Origin: a virus
Taxonomy: Duplodnaviria > Caudoviricetes
IMG/VR virus record: IMGVR_UViG_3300044580_000348
Location: 1 to 36,767 of that record
Length of the DNA: 36,767 bases
Strand: one strand, 5' to 3'
Below are positions 8,963-15,154 of the stretch, one piece after another (positions within the stretch are counted from its first letter, which is position 1; the number at the start of each line of letters is the position of its first letter). A program made the translations under genes and the position numbers. Below the pieces are notes generated by a model, which saw nothing but the letters and a program-made list of their open reading frames with translations, did not search any database and was not told the origin of the DNA.

Positions 8963-10044
8963 AAAAACGACTTACAATCAAGGGTGAAAAGTTCACCTAC
9001 AAGCTTACTATTTCTGAAAAGCGGATCGACCTGGAGGCCGGTCCCCGGAATTTCTTCGCAAATTACCCATTTCTGAACAGCGACACGGGGTACCTTACCG
9101 ATGTGCCGGGCAACTATTACCGGCTGATGATGTACATTCTGCTGTCGAAGCTCGATGTGATTGGCGAAGCGCGCGAAGCCTGTACCCTGCCCGACGACCC
9201 GCAGCCGCTGATATCGTACTCGGGTGGGACCGACTCGACTGCCCTGCTGGTTGCCACCGGTGGGCTGCCGGTGCATATATGCCGCTCGTTCCAGCCCTGG
9301 TACAACAGCCGCCAGCTCCGTGCCTGCAAGGAAGCGGGTGCACTGGTGCTGACAACCGATTTTGAGCAGGTGCGCGAGGTATTCGGGTACCGGCACGGTT
9401 TCAACATCGGCATCGGGTACATATGCATGTATATTCCGCTGCTGCCGCTGCTCCGGAAAAACACCATTGCCCTGGGCACAATCCTCGAAGGCATTGCCTT
9501 TCATTACGCCATGCCTTTCACCTTCCGCGACGATTTCACGGGGACGAATATTATGAAGGTGATTGCGGTGATGGAATCGTATGGCATCCGCATCACCCTG
9601 CCAATGGCCGGTTACAGCGAGGTGCTTACGGTGAAGATTGCCGAAAGCGGAGAGGTGAAGAACTATACCAGCTGCCACCGCGAGGGACCGGGGCCTGCTT
9701 GCCGGGTGTGCTTCAAGTGCTTCCGAAAAGAGGCGCTGCGCGGTTACCCGCTCGACTTCGGGAACCCCGATCTGCAGAAGGTTGTGCTGGCACACATGCG
9801 GAAGGCACCTTTGCATGTGGCAACGTCGTTCATATATGCCGTGCAGCAGGCGGGATACAAGCACCCCGAACTGCAGCGCTATATGGATATCGACGTTACG
9901 TTCTGCCGCCGGGTGAACCAGCCCATCACCGAGCAGTTCGGTGGCGTGCTCGCGCCTGGTTTTGCCTGGCAAACCGAGGCCGACCGGGCTGCGATCGACA
10001 GGTTTGTTGCGAAAATTAACGACCCGGGGCTGTATGCCTTTTAA
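8959..10044 (+). CDS. PP-loop ATP pyrophosphatase, QueC/DUF6395-like
   Basis: SYSGGTDS PP-loop plus C-terminal SCH...CRVCFKC Zn site. Confidence 0.75.
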   Translation: MKKRLTIKGEKFTYKLTISEKRIDLEAGPRNFFANYPFLNSDTGYLTDVPGNYYRLMMYILLSKLDVIGEAREACTLPDDPQPLISYSGGTDSTALLVATGGLPVHICRSFQPWYNSRQLRACKEAGALVLTTDFEQVREVFGYRHGFNIGIGYICMYIPLLPLLRKNTIALGTILEGIAFHYAMPFTFRDDFTGTNIMKVIAVMESYGIRITLPMAGYSEVLTVKIAESGEVKNYTSCHREGPGPACRVCFKCFRKEALRGYPLDFGNPDLQKVVLAHMRKAPLHVATSFIYAVQQAGYKHPELQRYMDIDVTFCRRVNQPITEQFGGVLAPGFAWQTEADRAAIDRFVAKINDPGLYAF

Positions 10045-10067
10045 CCACTGAGTACACAGAGAAAAAT

Positions 10068-10958
10068 ATGAATTTTGCATTGATAGGGGCTGCCGGATAC
10101 ATTGCCCCCCGGCACATGCAGGCAATCAAGGAAACGGGGAACCGGCTGGTTTGCGCGCTCGACCCGCACGACGCGGTGGGTGTGCTCGACAGCTATTTCC
10201 CCAATGCGCAATTCTTCACGCAACCCGAAAAATTTGAGACTGAACTGGAGCTACTGAAAGAACACGCAAAATGGAAAATTGACTATGTGAGCATCTGCTC
10301 ACCGAATTACCTGCACTACGACCATATTCGCATGGCGTTGCGCAACGGTGCCGATGCGATTTGTGAAAAGCCGCTGGTGCTCAATGATTGGCAGCTTGAC
10401 AACTTGCTGAAATTGGAACAGGAAACCGGGCGTAGGGTGTACACGGTGCTGCAACTGCGCTACCACCCCGAGGCAATCAGGCTGCGAGAGATGGTGCAGA
10501 ATGCGTTTCCGAGACTTCCGTGGCAGGTTAACCTGGTGAATATTACCAGCCGCGGTCTATGGTATTATGCATCATGGAAGGCTGATGAAAACAAAAGCGG
10601 GGGCCTTGCATTCAATATTGGCATTCATTTCCTCGACTTACTGCAGTGGGTGTTTGGTGAGTACCACTGGCATGAGCCTGTACGCGACCCGGTACAGGGA
10701 AGGATTATTGTGAAAATTGCATTCCTATACGCTACGGTGCACTGTATTATCAGCATCAATAAGGATGATATTCCCCCTGTGCCTGCGGCGATGGGGAAAA
10801 GAACCTGGCGCCGGCTGACTGTCGACAACGAAGTGTTCGACTTTTCGGAAGGGTTCACGGGGCTGCATACGAAAGTGTACAGCGAAATACTCGCCGGGCG
10901 CGGGTATGGCATTGACGATGCAAGGCAGAGCATTGAGATAGCTGAGAAGCTGAGATAA
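10068..10958 (+). CDS. wbpB: Gfo/Idh/MocA oxidoreductase, WbpB-like (UDP-GlcNAcA 3-oxidase family)
   Basis: NFALIGAAGYIAPRH, SICSPNYLH, ICEKPLV, VLQLRYHP, SWK...SGG..NIGIHFLD, FDFSEGFTGLH. Confidence 0.85.
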   Translation: MNFALIGAAGYIAPRHMQAIKETGNRLVCALDPHDAVGVLDSYFPNAQFFTQPEKFETELELLKEHAKWKIDYVSICSPNYLHYDHIRMALRNGADAICEKPLVLNDWQLDNLLKLEQETGRRVYTVLQLRYHPEAIRLREMVQNAFPRLPWQVNLVNITSRGLWYYASWKADENKSGGLAFNIGIHFLDLLQWVFGEYHWHEPVRDPVQGRIIVKIAFLYATVHCIISINKDDIPPVPAAMGKRTWRRLTVDNEVFDFSEGFTGLHTKVYSEILAGRGYGIDDARQSIEIAEKLR

Positions 10959-11325
10959 CGTTACGCAGGTATGGTTAGTTGCCTGTTAAATAACCCACTA
11001 ACTTTAATACGAGTGATAAATTATAAATAAACTAAATAGTGAGCGATATGAAAGCACAAGACATTTACCATAAAATGAGAGCAATTGCAGAAGATTACCA
11101 TGCTTATACAGACCAACTAATCGCAATTGCGAAATGGATAGAAGCAGAATTTGACTATAACCCACAGAAGTTAGCGAACGGTGCTAATATGAGAGAAAGG
11201 CAATTAACTATACCTGATGTTAGCAAATCGGTTTGTGATTGTCCTGAAAATTGTAGAACGCAAGAGGATGATATGTTATTTTGCAGTAAATGTGGAGCAA
11301 AGTGGGATTAAAACTGTTTGCTAAC
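10955..11325. other. attC-like long hairpin (10956-11224) plus mini-cassette (11219-11325), low-GC island
   Basis: TAAC...GTTAGC ends; arms 10966-10984 / 11198-11216 complementary at 17/19; GTTAGCAAA(11219) / TTTGCTAAC(11317) inverted core sites. Confidence 0.6.
11048..11311 (+). CDS. Hypothetical protein with C-terminal Cys-rich Zn ribbon
   Basis: ORF running through the attC-like arm; CDC...CSKC. Confidence 0.6.
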   Translation: MKAQDIYHKMRAIAEDYHAYTDQLIAIAKWIEAEFDYNPQKLANGANMRERQLTIPDVSKSVCDCPENCRTQEDDMLFCSKCGAKWD

Positions 11326-11365
11326 TACGATATTACTACAATGTACGAAAATAATATTATGTAAC

Positions 11366-12115
11366 ATGAACGAAGAAATCATTACCTGTCTGGATCACGA
11401 TTGGTGGACACGCCACCGCTGGGGCTCGGTGCACCCCAAGCCGGGCCCCCGTGCCAACTGCTGGTACGACCCCTCGGCAATTTCAGTTAACGCCGGCGGG
11501 GCTATTACCCTGAACGTACACCGCAACCCCCGCGCTTTCAACATCGATGGCGCCACCATCCATGCCGACTATGGCGCAGGGTTGCTGTGCAGCGTGAGCG
11601 ATTTCAGCTTCGGGCGCTACACCCTGGTAGCTAAGCTGCCAGCCGGCAACTACCTGTGGCCGGCTTTCTGGCTCTACTGTGCCACACCCGGGCGCCCCGA
11701 GGAAATTGATATTTTTGAGGCTTACTCGCGCAATACCGGTTACCGTGTAATGGGCGGCTGGTGGGGCCGCAAGTTCCGCGGCTGGGACATCCGCAGTTGC
11801 CTGCACACCGGCACCAGCGAGGCGAAGCTGCGCCCGCAACAGGCACGCTACCCTGGCGCAGATCTGTTCGACCTCGACCCCACGCACAACTTTGTGAAAT
11901 ATGAATTCATCTGGACCCGCTCCATGATGGCCTTTTTGCTCAACGGTGTTGTGGTGCGCAACATCACCGATGCGGCCATGCTGGCCCACTTTGCGCGCTA
12001 CCCCGAGGCGATGGTCATTATCAACAACCACATCGACGGCAGGTACTATCGCAACTTTAACCCGGCGGGGAGCACCCCGTTTGTGATTGCAAAGTTTGAA
12101 TATGAGAAATATTGA
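11366..12115 (+). CDS. Glycoside hydrolase family 16 protein
   Basis: FSFGRY, GNYLWPAFWL, catalytic EIDIFE motif; no signal peptide. Confidence 0.85.
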   Translation: MNEEIITCLDHDWWTRHRWGSVHPKPGPRANCWYDPSAISVNAGGAITLNVHRNPRAFNIDGATIHADYGAGLLCSVSDFSFGRYTLVAKLPAGNYLWPAFWLYCATPGRPEEIDIFEAYSRNTGYRVMGGWWGRKFRGWDIRSCLHTGTSEAKLRPQQARYPGADLFDLDPTHNFVKYEFIWTRSMMAFLLNGVVVRNITDAAMLAHFARYPEAMVIINNHIDGRYYRNFNPAGSTPFVIAKFEYEKY

Positions 12116-12138
12116 TTAACTTTGAGAGTCTTACAACA

Positions 12139-12158
12139 CCCGCCTACCGGCAGGCAGG
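12139..12158. repeat. REP-like palindromic motif CCCGCCTACCGGCAGGCAGG
   Basis: Imperfect palindrome resembling CCTGCCTGCCGGCAGGCAGG intergenic repeats (recalled, not searched). Confidence 0.4.
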
Positions 12159-12221
12159 AAGTTTCACCAAGTTATTTCACACTTGTCCCGATTTTTTCGG
12201 GAGAGTTACACAGAGTAAAAC

Positions 12222-12704
12222 ATGAAAAAATCAGCATTCTTTATGGTTGCGCTGCTGTGGGCAGCGCTGGCACAGGCGCAGGCGCCCGCGCGCGAGGAAG
12301 CAATGAGCTTCTTCGTAGCATCGAAAAACGTGAACTGCGAACTGGCGACAAACACTGAAAACTGCACGGTGTACTACGAGATACTCCTCCAGAACCGCAC
12401 CCGGCAGCGGGCCGATTCGGTGTTCGGTTCATTCTTCGTTGAAAAAGACGGGAAGAACCTGGCAATTGTCGATTTCGAGTGTTACCAGGCAATGTCCCCG
12501 CAGGGCATTGCCATGGTGGTGAAGCCGGTACGGTACAACTTCCTGCGCAAGGATGTATATACCCTTCGGGAAATTGAATCAGTTGCATCCTGGGAAAAAA
12601 TGAACAGGGAGCTGCTCGACACTGATCTGAAAAAACTGCAAATCACTCTCCATTACCTACAGGTTAATTATCAGGGAGGAAAAATGGCTGAATACAACGA
12701 GTGA
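12222..12704 (+). CDS. Hypothetical exported protein
   Basis: Signal peptide MKKSAFFMVALLWAALAQA|Q. Confidence 0.75.
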   Translation: MKKSAFFMVALLWAALAQAQAPAREEAMSFFVASKNVNCELATNTENCTVYYEILLQNRTRQRADSVFGSFFVEKDGKNLAIVDFECYQAMSPQGIAMVVKPVRYNFLRKDVYTLREIESVASWEKMNRELLDTDLKKLQITLHYLQVNYQGGKMAEYNE

Positions 12705-12814
12705 TGAAAAGCTCTATTGATGCAGCCCTTCGCCGCCGGTTCCCACCCTTTCTATGGTGGATGGTGGTTGCGGTCATTGCCGGGGCGATTGTTTTTGTAT
12801 TACTCACTCGGTAA
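12704..12814 (+). CDS. 36-aa single-TM peptide (not in ORF track)
   Basis: TGATG coupling; MKSSIDAALRRRFPPFLWWMVVAVIAGAIVFVLLTR. Confidence 0.55.
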   Translation: MKSSIDAALRRRFPPFLWWMVVAVIAGAIVFVLLTR

Positions 12815-12820
12815 TTTTTG

Positions 12821-12889
12821 AAAAAATAGAAATATAATGAAAATATTTCTATTTTTTTTTGGTGGTTTCAAAAAAAAGACTTACCTTAG
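12821..12889 (+). promoter_or_regulatory. Perfect 15-bp inverted repeat plus Bacteroidota-type promoter
   Basis: AAAAAATAGAAATAT-N7-ATATTTCTATTTTTT (12821-12857); TTTG(12858)-N20-TACCTTAG(12882-12889). Confidence 0.6.
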
Positions 12890-12949
12890 TTGCATAATTA
12901 ACGGTGGGCTGGATACCAAAACAAGTCTGAAAGGCATCAGCAAAACAAA

Positions 12950-13240
12950 ATGACATTCTCGAAAACTACCGAAAAAGCACAGATCACTGTCAGCTTCAGC
13001 TATGAAGAATCGTGCAAAAACGTCTACAAGCACTTCGGTGTTGTGATTAATGGAAAAAACTCGAACATCAAGGGCCTGCGCCGTTTCCTTACCAATCCAG
13101 ACAATGCACCTGACATCCTGACTGCGAATACCTATTTCTGGCATTCATGCAGCTCGGCCCCAGGTCGCCGCAGCAACGAGAACAAAAGGATGAACCAGGT
13201 ACGTGCTTACTTCATCACTGAAGGTTTCACTGAAGCATAG
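12950..13240 (+). CDS. Hypothetical accessory protein
   Basis: 96 aa ORF after promoter, A-rich start, followed by hairpin. Confidence 0.7.
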   Translation: MTFSKTTEKAQITVSFSYEESCKNVYKHFGVVINGKNSNIKGLRRFLTNPDNAPDILTANTYFWHSCSSAPGRRSNENKRMNQVRAYFITEGFTEA

Positions 13241-13251
13241 AAAACAAACCG

Positions 13252-13280
13252 TGCCCGGCGGATTCCGGGCAACTTTTTTT
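13252..13280 (+). terminator. Putative terminator
   Basis: TGCCCGG-N6-CCGGGCA then T7. Confidence 0.55.
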
Positions 13281-13290
13281 CAACGCAAAA

Positions 13291-13446
13291 ATGAAAAATT
13301 ACAATTATTTCTATGATGGGCAGCCAATCCCGAGAAATCAATTTGTGGCTGCAGTTCCCGAAAACTGGGAACAGGAGGTTGAAAATGGAGAATACTCGTG
13401 GGGGTATTTTCGCGCTGTTGAAATCGAAACTAAAATCGAAGAATAA
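13291..13446 (+). CDS. 51-aa acidic hypothetical protein (not in ORF track)
   Basis: MKNYNYFYDGQPIPRNQFVAAVPENWEQEVENGEYSWGYFRAVEIETKIEE; A-rich start. Confidence 0.7.
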   Translation: MKNYNYFYDGQPIPRNQFVAAVPENWEQEVENGEYSWGYFRAVEIETKIEE

Positions 13447-13467
13447 TTAACCGGCGTGCCAGACAAG

Positions 13468-13487
13468 CCCTGAGCGTAGTCGAAGGG
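13468..13487. repeat. REP-like motif CCCTGAGCGTAGTCGAAGGG
   Basis: Resembles the CCCTGAGC(N)GTCGAAGGG intergenic repeat family (recalled, not searched). Confidence 0.5.
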
Positions 13488-13523
13488 TGCCACTACAAGT
13501 CCCCAGGGCAGGGGCAAACTAAC

Positions 13524-13991
13524 ATGAATATACTACAATTGAGCGAACGGGCAGTGAAGTTCTACGAAGCTTCGCGTCCACGCAACCTGTATTCAGGTTA
13601 CGAAAAAAATGTTCTGGTGAGAAACGACAGCGAAAGCTGCCTTTTTGTCGATGCCCGGTATATGCCGGCTACAGGCGATGTGATTTTCAGGGTAAGCACA
13701 ATTAACCAGGCTACGAAAATCGATCTGAAATATAGTGCTCCTGAAGAATCGCCACTTCGCGGAAAGTTCTCGCGCGAAGAGTGGATCGAGATGATCGACA
13801 AGATGAATGGGGTACTTGCAAGCTCTGAAATCGATCCCCGCGAAGAAGTGGCGGGGGAGCTTGAAAACGATGAACTTGCAGCGAAGGTCAGAGAACTGTC
13901 GAAGCAGGAAGGCGAGGCGTTACTGACTTCAATTGCCGGGTTCTGGGACAATGAAAAGGCGCTCGAGAACTTCATCGCGAAAGTGCTATGA
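13524..13991 (+). CDS. Hypothetical accessory protein
   Basis: 155 aa ORF, coupled to next ORF. Confidence 0.7.
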   Translation: MNILQLSERAVKFYEASRPRNLYSGYEKNVLVRNDSESCLFVDARYMPATGDVIFRVSTINQATKIDLKYSAPEESPLRGKFSREEWIEMIDKMNGVLASSEIDPREEVAGELENDELAAKVRELSKQEGEALLTSIAGFWDNEKALENFIAKVL

Positions 13992-14158
13992 ATAGGCAAT
14001 CGGTCATCATATTGATCAACGAAGGGAAAGAGCCTGTGTGCCGGGGCAACCTGAAAAAGCTATGCCTCGAATTCGGGCTACCGTACCACAGCCTGAAGGA
14101 TAAGGATTTTCCGATTGTTTTCAGGGATATGGTGATATACCGTGTACCTTTCAGGTAA
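13988..14158 (+). CDS. 56-aa putative DNA-binding protein (not in ORF track)
   Basis: ATGA overlap; MNRQSVIILINEGKEPVCRGNLKKLCLEFGLPYHSLKDKDFP... Confidence 0.65.
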   Translation: MNRQSVIILINEGKEPVCRGNLKKLCLEFGLPYHSLKDKDFPIVFRDMVIYRVPFR

Positions 14159-14177
14159 TTTGATTTTTTTTCAAAAG

Positions 14178-14204
14178 AAAAAGCCGGTTTCGCCGGCTTT
14201 TTTT
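14178..14204. terminator. Bidirectional terminator between convergent blocks
   Basis: AAAAAGCCGG-TTTCG-CCGGCTTTTTTT. Confidence 0.85.
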
Positions 14205-14667
14205 ATTCTTCTTCTTCTTCTTCCTCCTCCTCCTCGTACAGCTCTTCGGTGAAGGTTGTCTGGTAATTGATCCGGAATACCTTGAGCCCGTCCTTGCGCC
14301 GCTCGGTGGTTGCCGAGGTTCGGCTCAATTCCGACAGCTCACCGGTTGCCCAGCCCTGGAGGGCCGCATGTACTTTTGCAACCACGTTGAATATTGCAAG
14401 CGCATCCTCGCGCACGGGGCTCAGATGGTTCGTGTTGCCGGCTGGCAAAAAGGCAAGGCGGAGCTGTATGTTGCACGTTACATCCTGCTCGCCGCCGCCG
14501 GTGTCGTTGCAGGCAGGCAGGGTGATATCGACCAGGGCGGCAGGGAATGCCACCGCGGGGCGCTCGCCGGCAAGGTCGAGCTGGCCGGTGTCGAAATCGA
14601 TCCAGGCAAGTTCTGTGACCGCATCTTCGAGGCGGTCGCAAATGGCTGTGAAAACGTATTGGTTCAT
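14203..14667 (-). CDS. Tail terminator / Mu gp37-like completion protein with poly-Glu C-terminus
   Basis: WIDFDTGQLD...PAVAFPAALV motif; last gene of head-completion block; ends E10. Confidence 0.65.
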   Translation of the reverse strand: MNQYVFTAICDRLEDAVTELAWIDFDTGQLDLAGERPAVAFPAALVDITLPACNDTGGGEQDVTCNIQLRLAFLPAGNTNHLSPVREDALAIFNVVAKVHAALQGWATGELSELSRTSATTERRKDGLKVFRINYQTTFTEELYEEEEEEEEEE

Positions 14668-14677
14668 GGCAAGAATA

Positions 14678-15154
14678 TTAGCGGTGAATAATTGAATTCA
14701 GATGCGCCACAATGCGGTCGTATATTTTGCGATTCAGCACTTCCGATTCTCCCACAAATTGCCGCTTCGGGATCGTGGTATTGCGGGCGCGCCCGGCATC
14801 GGTAACCCCGAAATTATGCACCGAGGCATAATTAGTGCCAGCCCCTACGTTCAGCGGATTGGCCGACACTACCACCCTGCCCGGCTCGGTGGTGTATTCG
14901 ATGCTCTCTGCCAGCAGGCCGGTGCGCCCGGTAAGTATTTTGCGGGTGGCATCGGCGCCTTTTCCTTGGCCCATGCGGCGCTTCACTTCCTTCCACCGGT
15001 CGAGCGACTTGTCGGTGAAACCTTCATTCTGAAAGCCTTCCTTGTAATGGTTCACCGCTTCGACGCCCACAATGTCGGGGATATCGGTTTCGATTGCATC
15101 GCCCAGCTCACCGGCCAGGCGGTCGAAATAGCGGCTCAGGTCGTCCATTGTCAT
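14678..15154 (-). CDS. Phage virion morphogenesis protein (Mu gpG-like)
   Basis: ILTGRTGLLAESI, YASVHNFG, IPKRQFVG motifs; start at ATG overlapping portal stop. Confidence 0.82.
   Translation of the reverse strand: MTMDDLSRYFDRLAGELGDAIETDIPDIVGVEAVNHYKEGFQNEGFTDKSLDRWKEVKRRMGQGKGADATRKILTGRTGLLAESIEYTTEPGRVVVSANPLNVGAGTNYASVHNFGVTDAGRARNTTIPKRQFVGESEVLNRKIYDRIVAHLNSIIHR

Noticed and set aside
8959-10044. Complete 7-deazaguanine DNA modification pathway
   Set aside because: No DpdA/TGT, FolE, QueD or QueE-like genes recognised
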